Source: Ancylonema sp.
Taxonomy: Eukaryota
DNA length: 31,925 nucleotides
Direction of reading: 5' to 3'
Assembly (NCBI GenBank): GCA_050230475.1
Contig: JBFLGF010000041.1
Coordinates: 62,001-93,925, forward strand
Notes under the pieces: model-generated
Seen by the model: the letters and a program-made list of their open reading frames with translations, nothing else
Told to the model about the DNA's origin: nothing
The model's database searches: none
Translations under genes and position numbers: made by a program
Shown: piece by piece, positions 1 to 12,687 of the stretch
Layout of the letters: each line of letters starts with the position of its first letter
Position numbering within the stretch: position 1 is the stretch's first letter

Positions 1-3000
1 TTGATGTGCGTCGACACTCCTGGCACCAACTTCATCTTCAGACTCTCTCCACTATCCAAAAACAGCTCCCCTCTCGCTGTCTGGTCCATTGAGCTCTTCG
101 CCCCAAACGTGACGAGCAGCGAAAAGGGGGTCTTCCTCGCGGCTGCCGTGGTCAACGCCCCCCCTTGCATGGGAAGGACCGACCCCTCATACGCGTGCAC
201 CGGAATCGTCGCCAGAGGAGCCTTCAGAGTCGCCACCACTCCCTCGGTGCTCTGCACCTGGTCGTAATTGAAGATGTTCCACCACCTCCCAGCAGGGAAA
301 TACGCGTCCACAGTCACCGCTCCCTGAGTGAGCACAGGCGAAACCAGCAGACTCCTCCCAACCATAAACTGCAGATGCACGTCGAGCGTGTTTGCGTCAT
401 TGGGGAAGGAGAAGAAGAGGGGGCGGGCCATGGGAGCTCCCGTTCTGTGGGAGTCATAGCTGAGCGTGTACCAGTACGGCAGGAGACGGTAGCGCATCCC
501 CAGAGCCGTTCTGGCTGCAGTGGTGACCGACGGCCAGTTGTAAGGCTCTTGGGGGGAACTGAAGTGGACCGCATGGTTTCGCGCAAAGGGGTAGAACGCG
601 CCCACGGACGTCCACCGATTGCATAGCTCTTCTGTGGTAGATCCGTAGAAGCCGCCTGGAAAGCAACCACGAGGATGGGGCTATATGAGGTACGGGCATA
701 TACTTCACAGGCACATAACACAGGGAGGTGTAAATTATGGGGGGGAGCGAATTCGTGAGCATAACAAAGGGATTGAGAAGGAAGGTACACAGAGCAGAAA
801 TGAAGTGGAGTGAGGATGGGAGCAGCTCACAGATATCAGCCCCGACCATCGGAATTCCCAGGATCCCAAAGTTCTGGATCTGCGTGATGCTGTACTGCAG
901 ATCCTGCCACCTGGCAGCGTTATCCCCCGACCAATGCGCGGCGTACGACCCCGCCCCCGGAAACGTCGACCGGGACAGAATAAAGGGCCTCTTCTGCGTG
1001 ATCTTCACCAACGAGGCGTGCGTCACCTTGCCCTCCGACAGCCCGTACAGGCTGTGCGCGTCGTACTCCCTCACCCCCCCGTGATGCGTGGCGCTCATGG
1101 CGACCGTGCTGTTCCCAAGGGACGAGTGCTCCCCCCGGTTATTGATCTTGTAGGGCGGGTGGTCCCACCGGGTCGCCAGCGCGTCGCTGCAGGAGAGGCA
1201 GCAGGTGAGCTGGGCGGTTGCGTTCGGGGGACAGGTGGCGGAGGGGACGTCGCAGGTGACGCCGGAGCAGAAGTTGGACACCTCGTTCATGTCGATCCAC
1301 AGCCCGTCGAAATTCAGCGTCTGGTGGAAAGCGGAGAGCTCTGCGTCCCAGTAGGTACCGATGGACGGGTGCAAGAAGTCGGGGTATGCGGTTATCCCGG
1401 GCCACACCTGGCCCAGATACGTCTTCCCTCTCACGTCTTTCAGGAAGATGTCGGCTAGGATGCCCTGGCTGTATGCACCGTAACTAGGCTCCACTTTGAT
1501 ACCTGCCCACCCCACCATCTTGAAGCAGTAAGGTACTCATCGTTTTTACTCGTTTTAATTTGATGCTAGCTTCATAGGCTCAGATTCTTTCTTCAAGCAA
1601 CCAACTTATCGGACTAGAAATAAAGGAGGATAGCGTTTGAACTGAATAACTTTGCAGGGCACCCACTCTGCACTCAAATCAGGAGACACAAATCCAACTC
1701 CGACCACTTCCACACCTCCACTGCACTATTTTTCAGCCACTCTCAATCACATCCAATCCTCCATGCCATTCCTATCTTGCCTGACAGACAAAAACGATAC
1801 AAGCAGCGCCCCCTACCTCCGCCTCCCGTCCTCCGTACCTGGATCCACAATGACCACGTAGTGCAGCTGCTGCTTGTGCAGTTGGGCCACAAACTCCTGC
1901 AGCTGCGGCAGGGGGAAGGCCACAGGGTCGACCGTGAAGTCTCTCCACCCGTTCATGAAGTCGATGTCACTCCAGAGGGTGTCCAGAGGGATCTTGGCTG
2001 CCGAATAGTTGCCCACCACGTGCTCCAGACTCTGCAGAGTCTTGTAGCCCCACTTGCTCTGGTGCCAACCTGTGGGGTGGCATCAAAGAGGATCCTGGTC
2101 ACGATCGGCATGTCGTTTTCGTTCTTGGAGCCGACGTCTTAGATATCGTGCGAGCCCCACTGGTTGCCACGCAAGTGGTCAAATGTGTATTCGAGTGGCA
2201 TATGGAGACATGCGCGTTTCTCGATGTCAATGTCACTGCTCGACATTGCTAAAGCAGTGATACATAACATTCCCCCCCCCCCCCCCCCCCTGCCCCATCT
2301 GTGGTTTGAAGCACGGCACTCACCGAAAGCCCAGTATGGCATCGCCGCTGGCCGTCCCACCAGGCTCGTGTACTGCTCCACAACTGCAAATGGGGGAAAA
2401 AGGAGTGTTCAAATGTGACCAATGATGCATAAGAGCGCAAAGCCAGCACCAAACCACGTCCATAGCACCACTCTCACACAAAGTGACATGAAAAACAAGT
2501 ACTAAAGCATACTTTCGAACGCAAAAAATCGCCACGCCACCATCAACACTATCCTACTCCATCATGAATGTACCTGCCAAAGGGGAGGCCCCTGCAAAGA
2601 AGTAGAAGTCCACCACTCCTCCGATGATTTTATAGGTGAGAGAGGAGGCACTGTAGTCTACGTCCATCCCATTGCTGTTCAGAAGGTAGACGCCGTGGGT
2701 CAGTCCCCGCTCCCGTACGTCCATGTAGAACGGGTGCGCACCGTAGAGATTGATATCTGTGTTGAGACTCGCCTGGTCATCCGAGAACAGCGTGTATGTG
2801 GTCCCCGCTTGTAATTGTAGACCAGCAGGCTGCGTGCTCTCTCCCAGACCGAACATGTGGTGCTTGCCTGCGTCAGGCAGGGTAGTTGAAATCTCCAAGT
2901 ACTGATCCTTGAAGACCAAGGGATTGAAGGACTTGGATGTCGGTGGGGTGGAGTTGAACAGCACTTCGCCGGTGCGGCGACGGATGATGGCGAATCCAAA

Positions 3001-4162
3001 CGGATGTTCTGTGAAAGACACCTGAAGGCGTGGGACCTCGGAGGAAGGGAACTGGATGCAACTGAGGGAGCCGACTTTGGCGGCTGTGCGAGGCAGAAGG
3101 CTCTGGGGTACTTCCCATCTGGAGCTCCTGGCACTCGTTATGTGAACGTGGACCCGATTCAAAGTTTCGGTGCTGAAAAAAGTGGCAGAGACTGGGGGAC
3201 AACCTGATTCACAATCTATGGAAAAAAACCAGGCCATGGGGGCCCTGAAAGTTACAGATTCGCAAAGAATTTACTCGCTTCTCCGCGTGAGGGGTTTGTG
3301 CATCATCCATGTCATTCAAATGCCTGAATTTGATATTTAATGCGAATTCTTATGCTGTACAGTTACACAACCATGGTACAGACGAAATAATACAGACTTC
3401 CGCTCTAATATCAACTATAACTTTGCACCGATTTCGTCCCATTGGCTGGACTAAACAGCTTTTCAATTACTACACAACTCTAGTGCTCGACCTGCTTTTC
3501 TAAATATCCGGATTCTCGTAAGATTCTTTCACATGCCATCAATCTGCTGCCGAAACATGTTTTTTTTTTTCCAATACATCATTATTTTTACTATCTTCCA
3601 TCAAACCATCGAAAGCTCCAAAATTAAAGGGAATGAGCGATCACAAAAACTCACTAAGATGCAACCACGGTTCTCTAATGTTTGAAGCCATGCCCATTCA
3701 TCAATTCACATGACTCTGCCGACTCTTAACAGTCGAATTTGGTATTTGTTTTGTGTTTATATTGTATCCCCCGTGTGTACGTAGATGCACATACATCAGA
3801 ATCCCGACGGCAACAAAAATTGCGGCTGTTTGTTGCCTCACTTCGCAAGGAAAACGGAAAAGGTGACAGGAGGGTGGATCAGAGGAGCCCTTATGAACCC
3901 GTCATTACCTCACGCTCAAGGTTAGAGTTTTTATGTCTTCCCCGTATAAACTCGTGTTCTTTGTGAGCTTCAAGGTTGCGCTAAAGCCAACACCGTTGGG
4001 ACACGAAACTAAATTCCGCAATTTGTAGCCATGGGCCCATGGCGCACACTCCACAACTTGTGTTTGCGTAAAAGTCACTAGTGACAATAACGCCCATACC
4101 AGAACTAAAACCATAATCGGCATCACAGTCTTCCACTCTACAAACAGCTTCCTGCTTTTCAT
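1..4162 (-). CDS. Glycoside hydrolase family 31 alpha-xylosidase/alpha-glucosidase (plant XYL1-like), secreted; 3' end runs off the window
   Basis: Exons on minus: 4162-3909, 3172-2574, 2383-2324, 2069-1839, 1502-831, 655-<1. All are GT-AG and phase-consistent. The N-terminus is hydrophobic and signal-like. GH31 motifs: LYGAHPFYMD, GRPAAMPYWAFGWHQSKWGY, WSDIDFM, catalytic nucleophile WIDMNE, acid/base HWSGDN, PMVGADICGF, ELCNRW..GAFYPFARNH, RYRLLPYWYT. It has the Cys-rich insert SNFCSGVTC..CCLSC..TRWDHPPYKINN. Confidence 0.93.
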
Positions 4163-4745
4163 TAATCGATCATCGACAGTCCCTCAATCTGCCCTCACTG
4201 CCCTTCTGACCCTGCGAACTTCAGCCGACCACTGCAATGGCATCAGGTCGCCAGGTGACTCCGTTGATGCGGAAGGAGTCCTCCACTTGGACTTCAAATG
4301 AACGCTGGCCATGCAGAAAGGACATGCCACGTGTGATCCAGAGTTGAATTGTTCGCTGACCGTAGATTCCCCTACATGCTGTACGGACTACAGACAACCG
4401 GTTATGGACCGTGACAGCACCGCCCACGAATGATGATCCGCGGTGAGTATTGAACCCCCACCCCGCTTCCTCTCGCCCCGACCGCGATCCACCTGCCGAC
4501 CCTGGGGAAGGAGCTTCCGCCCGCCAAATTTCTGGGTAGTCCTGCTTAATGTAGCGTCGCGTGATATTTATTTGTCAGATTCAATCGATTTTTTATTTAC
4601 TACGGTAGCTGACCTCTAGACCTTCAAAACGCAACCTTTTTGGACGTCATCCGATAAGCGGTAGGGGTTTAAAACTCATTAATAGTGAAAATTCCGGTCA
4701 CTTTTGGTTCAGGTTTAAGCTCGGCCTACAGGTTTTTTTTTTGGC

Positions 4746-5400
4746 CCGTTCACTTCTCGTTTTGAACCTTTATCTCGATGTTTCCGGCCGTTCATTTTCT
4801 GATTTTGAACGGACCCGTTCAATTTCTCCCGTTCACTTTACACTCAAATCCCGTTCACTTTCTCAAATTTTAGTTTGGTCACATTTATTTTCGGTCGCCA
4901 AATTTGCGGATTGCCAGCCGACCACGGTGGGCAATGTTGGGCGCGGTAGATAATTTAAGCTGTCGCTGTATCGAAGAAACGTTTTCCAGAATTCGCCAAC
5001 CGAAACCCAACGGAAATTGTAATGTCGTGCATCGGGATCTCGGGATACATACTCCCGATTTTTTTACAAAATTTTCCATATTTTTTCGGATTTTTTTTCA
5101 CCGCACCGTTCACTTTACACTTAAAAATCCGTTCACTTTCCGTCATCTCCTTTTTTACCGCCGTTCATTCGTTCACTTTTGTTCAAAAGCCTTATCTCGA
5201 GGAATCCTGAGGCTGAGCTTAGTCCGTTCACTTTTTTGCCACTAAAACGCCCGTATCTCAACCGTCTGTCATTGGATTTCAAATTAAAAAAATGAGTTTT
5301 GAAGCTATAGACAAAATATAACATCGTTAAAAAAAAATGGAGTATTTCGAGCAATATATCGGAGGCGGCGGTGCGTCGAACATGCGCCGTTCACTTTTTT
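4746..5400 (+). repeat. Dispersed array of ~11 CCGTTCA(C/T/A)TT motifs, resembling a DNA-transposon subterminal region (unclassified, one end only)
   Basis: Motif copies lie at about 4746, 4788, 4815, 4829, 4851, 5106, 5129, 5161, 5170, 5224 and 5387, all in one orientation. The block CCGTTCACTTTACACT..AAATCCGTTCACTTTC occurs at ~4829 and ~5106. No matching inverted end or TSD was found. Confidence 0.55.
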
Positions 5401-5507
5401 TCGGCCGGCAGTTTCCCTCCCAGGCTGCCGACCGGCCAAAAAAGTGGCGGGTGGTATGCCCTCCCACCTTGTGTTGGCCCCTACCCGTTTTCGGCTTGTG
5501 GTAGGGG

Positions 5508-6567
5508 TAGGGTTGTTACCTCCGCGCCACCGCGCGGCGGCCAGCTGCGCAACCGCGCGGTGGCCAACTCCGACTGCGCTCATATAGGTAACGGTTGGCC
5601 CACCCGGGTGGCTTTTGGCCAACCGCAAGCCAACTCCCACCTGGCTGGCGAACCCCCACCCGGTTGGGACGCGGTTGGGGCAGTTGGGTGCGGCTGGGGT
5701 GCGGTTGGGTGCGGTCGGGTATATTCAAAAAAAGGAAAGGGTTTTTTTTTTTTTTCTTATCCCCTCTTATCTCTCTCCCTAAAAGTACAAATTCAGAATA
5801 GGGTATGGCGTATATACTTCTTTTCATACTTTTTTCTTTCAATATCTTTGAATCATACGAGAAGGGTTCCTTTCGAATACCTTTCGGTTCCTACATTTAA
5901 TTATTACTTTTCACATGCTCATTTTGTGAACCATCCCATCCTCATTTACGATGTGTACTTGTTTATAACGTGGTTGTTAAACACATACATCATTCTACCA
6001 CTCTCGTAAATTTCCATCCCCCCCCCCCACAATTCTCCACATTTTAATAGAGCGTTCATGCGGGGATTCCAAGGGCACATTAACAATTAACAATGAACAT
6101 TAACAATTATATTGTCATACATGTTCTTTACTCTACCAACAAAAACATATATGTTGTCTTTAAGAAGAGGTCAAGAAGACAAGAAGTAGCGGACAAACAT
6201 CACAATGGAACAAAGAAGGGAGGAATGGATTAGGTGGCAGAGAAGCCTTCCCATACATGAACTATGTGTGTCGGTATTTAACTTCAATGGTTTGTTTTTG
6301 GTTTGACGTGGTTCTTGAAATTTTCGTTATACAATTCAATTTTGGACCCTACTTTTGAATTTACATTTTTGAATTTTTCGTTATTTTTTGCCATTTTGCT
6401 AACCGCCCAACCGCATCCCACCCGGGTGGCACCTTCCCAACCGGGTGGCGGTTGGGATGCGGATGGGAAAAAGCCACCCGGTTGGCCCCCACCGACACGG
6501 TTGGGTGCGGCTGGGCGAGGATGGTACTTTACCTACCGCGGTGAGAAACGCGGAGGTCACAACCCTA
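5508..6567. mobile_element. hAT-type MITE (1060 bp) with 19-bp TIRs and 8-bp TSD
   Basis: The TIR TAGGGTTGT(T/G)ACCTCCGCG lies at 5508-5526 and inverted at 6549-6567. The TSD GGTAGGGG is perfect at 5500-5507 and 6568-6575. GC-rich inverted subterminal repeats (CCCAACCG/CCCACCCGG) lie at ~5590-5720 and ~6400-6515, around an AT-rich non-coding centre. An 8-bp TSD and TAG start are hAT hallmarks. Confidence 0.88.
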
Positions 6568-6575
6568 GGTAGGGG

Positions 6576-6604
6576 TCTCGTCCTACCCGTCGGGTAGGAC
6601 GAGA
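6576..6604. repeat. Perfect 14-bp inverted repeat with 1-nt loop
   Basis: TCTCGTCCTACCCG-T-CGGGTAGGACGAGA. Confidence 0.95.
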
Positions 6605-6634
6605 GTAAGGTAATAAAAAGAGTGAAGTACTAGA

Positions 6635-7091
6635 TTTTAGCAATGTTATGTGATACGTGTGCGAGATCGAGTGAATCTTTCCGTACAAGGAACTACGTCT
6701 CTCAAGAATGATCAATGACTCAATGACAAGTATAGTGTTGGAAGAATGTTATTGAATGGTCGTCATCGTGTAGGTATACCACGATGCCTCGTCCAAAACA
6801 AGAATCTACAAAGCGTGCCGACGGTCGTATCGACGGACCTCAAAACATAACAACAGTCAGATCCTGACAACGGCACATGCCGGACAGTCTGACAAGACAT
6901 AACGTCTAGATTCGGAACCATCTAGACCACACGTGCTACAACCGGCACAATCGAAACGTCATATGCGGGTGCCCGGACATAAGTCCGGCCCCTCAATATA
7001 AGCACACCCTAGGAATCCTACCGGTTATACTAACCGGTAGTCCGGACTAGCACACTAGCAAACAACATGGCTATCCGATATAATTCCTACA
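6635..7091 (-). repeat. 3' LTR of copia element (457 bp)
   Basis: Direct repeat of 12701-13174. On minus it begins TGTAGGAATT right after the PPT and ends ...CATTGCTAAAA at the TSD. Confidence 0.93.
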
Positions 7092-7100
7092 CACCCCCTC
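7092..7100 (-). promoter_or_regulatory. Polypurine tract (plus-strand priming site)
   Basis: GAGGGGGTG on minus, immediately 5' of the 3' LTR TG. Confidence 0.8.
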
Positions 7101-7415
7101 GGATGCCATGCCAAGTTTGGCATTGATGAGTCAGCACCAAGGGACTACCCTATCTACAGCTAAGTCATGGCGAAACCATTGCATAGAGCCCATGGGATAG
7201 TAAGGTCTTCCCTAGCATATAAATGTGCTAGGGGGCCCTATCTAAAATCACACCCGATCGGAAGCCGATCGGAACTCCAGAAGTCGATAGCTCCATATCC
7301 TTAGTCAGTCGTTTTTCGGGCCGGATCCCTGAACATACAAACACCACAAGTTAGGGCAATACAAAAATGACCACAAAGTCAACTTTCTGCAATTTTCTCC
7401 GAATAACTTGAAATA

Positions 7416-7513
7416 CTCAAAACTTCACAACTTTCTCTCAAAACTTCACTCACAACTTTCTCAAAACTTCATAACTTTCTCAAAACTTCATAACTTTCTC
7501 ATCAAAACTTCAC
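7416..7513. repeat. Tandem repeat, ~19-bp unit CAAAACTTCA(C/T)AACTTTCT x ~4.5, in the copia 3' non-coding region
   Basis: Directly visible. Some units carry 2-4 nt internal duplications. Confidence 0.85.
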
Positions 7514-7793
7514 CTAAAACAACTGAAATTTTCACACAACATCCATACTATGAATGGCAACATATGTGCCAGAATTCATGAACAACTGACAACTCTAAAT
7601 GCAAGCACATCTGCAATTTTTCAGGTGTCCTTTAGTGTTTTCAGGGCAGAAAAAGAGTGGGGTGACTTAGCTGGATAGACAAGCGTTGAGAGCCTTCCAC
7701 AGGTGCATTCTGCAAGAAGAACAGAACATACACCCCCTGCCACACATGGCATGGCAGCCGAAAAATTCCCAGAATCTTATATGCACCCCCATT

Positions 7794-10700
7794 TCAGTGA
7801 ACCCTCCCAAAACCTATAGACTTTCCATGTCTGGCAAGTAAGACCTGTGGAAGAGCCTTAGTGAACATATCGGCTGGTTGATTGGCCCCTGCCAGATACA
7901 CATACTTCAGCCTTCCAGTTTTGTGACACTCCCTCACCCAGTGGTACACATTGAAATGCTTGGCCTTCTGGCGCTGGACTGGGTTCTGGATCATTGAGAG
8001 TGCGCGGCTGTTGAGTCACTGTAAACTGTGATTTCATTAGGGAGTTTGAGCTCATGCAGGAGCGACTTCAGGTAACAATATTCCTTAGACACACTACAGG
8101 CAGCAATATATTCAGCCTCTGCTGTACTCTGTGCGACTGTAGACTGTTTTTGTGACTTCCAGCTCAAAGCAGTTCCCCCAACAGTAGTGACCCACCCTGT
8201 GACCGACTTCCCAGTCATACTGCAGCTATTCCAAGCATCACAGTACCCCCTAATCTCTAACTTCTTTCTCCTCACGTAGCATATTCCGTGATCTAGTGTT
8301 CCCTTTAGATATCTGAACAGTTGGTGTAAGGCTTTGATGTGAGCAGTCCCAGGATTCCCCATGTGTTTTGCTAGTACCCCCAGTGCATGCGCAATATCCG
8401 GTCTGGTGTGTTTCATTGCATAAATGAGTGACCCAATTTTTCTCCCCCCCCCCGGAATTCAGGTATCTGTTCAGGTGTAGGGGGAGTTAGAGGTTCATCG
8501 TCTTGGTGAAATGTCAGTCCAGGTGGTTAAGGGTAGTTTTGTAGGATTACAGTTTGCCATGCCAAAACGGTTTCCAGAACCTGTTTTATGACCCTCCCTG
8601 ATGCAACGTGAGCACCCCCTGTTGTCTGTCCCTTTTCACTTCCACCCCCTGGATATGGGTTAGGGCCCCAAGATCCTTCATTTTGAATTTCCCAGATAGT
8701 CCTGTTTGAATGCTTTAATGACCATGGTGTTAGGACCAACTATCACCTCATCATCTACGTGTATCCCCACTATGATCCGTGACTGTCCTGTGCCCCTGGT
8801 GTATATGCATGTGTCCATAATGCACTGTTTGAACCCTATAGTGAGCATGAAGGTTGTGAACATCTCACCCCAGACCTTGCTACTCTGTTTCAGTCCGTAC
8901 AGTGCCCCCCTCATTCTCAAAACTTTTCCCTCTGCCCCTCCCTCAATCTCCATGAATGGTGGAATTTTCATATATACTTCTTCGGTCAGTCTTCCGTGCA
9001 AGAAAGCAGTCACCACGTCCATCTGTTCAATTTCCCAACCCTCTTGATTCGCAATAGATAGTAGAAGAGATATAGAGGTACTATCTACTACAGGTGCGAA
9101 TATCTCATTATAATCAACTCCTTCTTGTTGTAGGAAACCCTGAGCGACCAGTGTGACTTTATATCTTTCAAGGGTTCCCGTGGGTGTGTATTTTGTTTTG
9201 AATACATATTTGCACCCCGCAGCCCTTTTACCTGGTGGAAGTTCACACACCTCGAAGGTGTTGAATTCCCCCAAGCTTAGCTCCTCCTGGATGGCAGCTA
9301 ACCACTGATCCTAGTGTGGCCTCGTCATGGCCTGGTTCAGCGTCAGAAGGTCGGAGGAGTTAGCAGACATGGCCACCATGCAGAATCCAGGGTCAGAGGG
9401 GCCATTGAAGCCTGTGAAGAAGCATGTAGCCTCCCACTCCTCGTCTTGCATGGCTGCTTCCACCGCCTGGTCGTCAAACCCCTCCCCATCGTATCAGAGC
9501 ACATCCCCAAAGTGGGCAAAGTTTGCCCTCCTCCTTCCCATTACTCTCTCAGCTATGCTCCCAGCATTCACCCCTTGCCCCCCCAGTTCACCCCCACCCT
9601 GAACTTCTTCCTCCTCGCCTGCCACATCTGCGGTGTTGATCCTAGATTGACTGTCGGACAGCTCAATCACAGCGATGGGGACCTCAGCAACTGGTGGTGG
9701 CGGAAACTGTAGTGGTGGGATCTGGGCTCCTGGGTCGTTGTGGGCTGCTGCTGTTGGCACTGCTGCTGGAGCTGCTGCTGGGACTGCCGCTGGTACTGCT
9801 GCTGGTACTGCTGCTGGCGTTGCAGCTGTCACTGCTGCTTGCCTTGTCACCCCTCCAGCCTTGGGCTCATCATCCGTGTCGGGGAACAGCTGAAGAAAAT
9901 GTTTATCTGCTTTGGCCTCGACCTGGGGAGCTCTCCCCCCCATCAGTCTCGGGTACCCCGGCACTTCCTCGAAGAAACGGACGTCTGTCCGCACCATCAC
10001 ACCTGCTTTGAGCGGGTCGAAAATGTTGTACCCAGCCTGATCTGCTGCCAGCCCAATGAATACCCCAAAAGCAGTCCTGGCAGCATACTTGTCCCCTTGT
10101 TTATTATTTTTATCATGCCCAACTTTCAAATATACTAGACAGCCAAATGTATGACATCTGTCCATTTTCATCCGACGTCCCGTCCACTCTTCAATAGGTA
10201 TCCCCCTTGTCAATGAACTAGTGGGGGTCCTGTTCCTTAGCCAGTTTGCATGCATCACTGCCACATCCCAGTATGATTTAGGCAGTTTAGACCACATCAA
10301 CAAACATCTCATCTTCTCCATCAGTGTTCTGTTTAACCTTATTCCATTCTGCTGAGGACTATAGGGGGCAGTCAGTAGTCAGTTCATGTTTGATGCCTTT
10401 ATCCTCACAATAGCCTTTCCACTCCTTGCTGGTGTACTCCCCTCCTCCATCCATTTGTCCTGATTGACTTTAACGGCAGTCCTGACTCAACCTCTAGTTT
10501 CTGTACAGTGATGCGCGTGTTTGACTAAGAGCGTCGCTCTTGTGCTTGAGAAGAGATATTGTGGACAGTCTAGAATTGACCTCTATCCCTGTCTGAGCAT
10601 AATCAAACCCTCCGTGCATTGATTTGACACCGAAAGGACCTATCAGATCTAGATGCAACCTCCCCATTTTTGGCATAGTGGCCACATCATCGCTAGCCAT

Positions 10701-12490
10701 AGCATGCCCCCTCTGTCCCATTTTCCCTATACAGCAGATCTCACAATCCCTGACCTCAGTCAACTCTTCGTGACTAAGTCTCGGTATGTCCCCACGTCTA
10801 GCCATGTCTGACATGGCTGGTATACCAGGGTGACCCAGCTTGCCATGCTAGAACATGCCTATGGACAGATTTTCTTGCAGACCAGATGAACCAGGCATGA
10901 TGATGGATGCATGCAGCAATGACAGACCATTCCTCTGCCTGCTGACATCAGCCCATTTCTGTCCATTTTTAGTCAGTTTAGGACCATGTGGGGTCTGGGC
11001 AAAACTCAGCCCACCTCTGTGGACGAGGCAGTCGGTGGACACCAGGGTCGCAGCGAATGTAGGGACGTGCAGAGCAGTGAGAGGGACGACGACGAAAAAG
11101 GAGTCGTCGTTCTTCACTCGAACGTGCATGAAGCCTGCCCCCTCGACCTTGTGAGGCGTGCCATCAGCCGTGTGGATGAATGAATGCTGCATCGGGTTGG
11201 TGTCGTACTCGACGAAGTGGTCTCTGTTTATGAAGACGTGATCGGTCGAGCCTGAATCAAGCCACAGATGCGAGCAACAGCTGCCATGGCAATCCGTGCG
11301 TCACATGAGAATGTTGCATAGGCAAGGGATTTGGATGCATCGAAGGGTGTGTCTGAACGTGCAGCAAGTATAGCCTAAGCTTGATCACGAAGATTAGAAT
11401 CAGGTGCAGCCAATGCCAGGTCAGATTTACGCTTCATGCATTCTACCAATGTGTGCCCGAGCTTATCACTTATCACAGTATCTACATTTGAGTTTCGGAC
11501 TGCCACTTCCCTGACCAGCCGATCTTCCACCTCCCCCATGCCGTTGTTGTCCGCATTGCGACAGTTTGTGGCCGATCTGGTTGCAGCCATGGCACCTCAT
11601 TTGCGGACGTGAAGGACAGTCCGATTTCAGGTGACCGTGCTGGTTGCAGCCGTAGCACTGAATTCTCGACATGTCGCGACTTCCGGGACCGCCACTCCCA
11701 CCTGGTCGACTTGGGCCAGCTCCAGAGCTGCCCGAGTAACCCCCCTTTCCCACGAAATTGGCCTGCTGCCCTCCCGGCAGCGCCCCTCTCTTCCGGTCGT
11801 TGCAGACCTCCCGTCGATCGCCAGTTGACAAAGTGATGACAGCCTGAGGGATGGTGAAGAGTGTTGGCGCAGAAACTGTCCAAGACATCACGCTCTCCAC
11901 GCGCGAGCTGTAGCGAGTGTGAAGGGAGTTCAGAAAGTTGATCGTCTGCTTCGCAGGCTTTACTGGCTCTCCCAGGTGCCCAAGACGATCGTGCAGCTCC
12001 TGAAGTCGCTTAACATAGTCGCTCAGGTCCTCCGCTTCTCCCATGATAATCGCCGTGAGCTCTGCCTCAGCGTTGGCGATCTCGATGGCTCCCTGAATGT
12101 CGTAGAAAGACTTCAGGGCCTCCCACATCTGTCCAGCAGTCGTGCAGTTCCTCACATGCGTCAGCTCCCCCGTCTGGAGGTGTTTGACGATGTATGCCAT
12201 CGCAGCGATATTCTTCTTCGACCAGACCTCTCGGAAGGAGAGTCTGTCGACCGATGAGCTGGGTGCGTGCCGTGACCACGTCCGCAGCCTCCAGCGTCCG
12301 CAACATCCAGCGTATCGAGCTCATCCTGCGTGACTGGTAGAGACACGACAGGTTCTACTTGCCTCGGGGATTTGCCCCAATCCATAACAATGTCGAGCAG
12401 CTCCTTGTCTGCCAGACCGAACTTAAATTTAAAAGCCCATCCTTTATAGTCTGCTCCTTTGAAGACCGGAATGTACGACTCCTCCGTCAT
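7794..12490 (-). pseudogene. Copia gag-pol polyprotein, disrupted by multiple frameshifts and stops
   Basis: Gag starts MTEESYIPVFKGADYKGW (12490). CCHC knuckles lie at 11657-11616, 11594-11553 and 11486-11438. Protease LWLDSGSTDH is at ~11240-11267. Integrase has HGKLGH..CEIC, LHLDLIGP, DGGGEY, TAPYSPQQNG. RT has LVAQGFLQQEGVDY, QMDVVTAFLHG, LYGLKQS, HVDD. RNase H has GYCDA, STAEAEYIA, QPADMFTKAL. The integrase NGIAER motif reads NGIR, so the catalytic Glu is lost. Confidence 0.93.
9742..9840 (-). repeat. Coding 12-bp tandem repeat (PAAV/PAAA) in the integrase-RT linker
   Basis: Translates as TAATPAAVPAAVPAAVPAAAPAAVPTAAA in the 9494-10321 frame. Confidence 0.8.
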
Positions 12491-12687
12491 GTTAGGCAGC
12501 AGCTAAATTCTTCTGATGATCAGCTGCTTTCTTGAGCGTGTTTCGTGCAGCGCAGCTCACACCTCAGTCACTGGAAGCGCAATTGATTACGTGCAGTACT
12601 TAATAACCTCAACCTCAGAGTCTCTTAGCAGCGAATCGCGTGGAATGCCTGTAGTTATTGACAGAGCGTCTTTAACTAGACCGCCTG

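Noticed and set aside
1..3207. Plus-strand ORFs overlapping the GH31 gene
   Set aside because: Antisense shadows of GC-rich coding exons.
5305..6572. ORFs of up to 212 aa inside the MITE region
   Set aside because: They arise from GC-rich subterminal repeats and show no transposase motifs.
6576..6634. Hairpin followed by CTAG as a Helitron 3' end
   Set aside because: The spacing of 25 nt is long, the next base is A rather than T, and the CTAGA is explained as the copia TSD.
4746..7513. CRISPR-like reading of the repeat arrays
   Set aside because: Eukaryotic context, irregular or absent spacers, repeats too short, and no cas genes.
8750..8762. RT active site HVDD instead of YVDD
   Set aside because: A single-base change in a dead copy or a lineage variant; uninformative without other copies.
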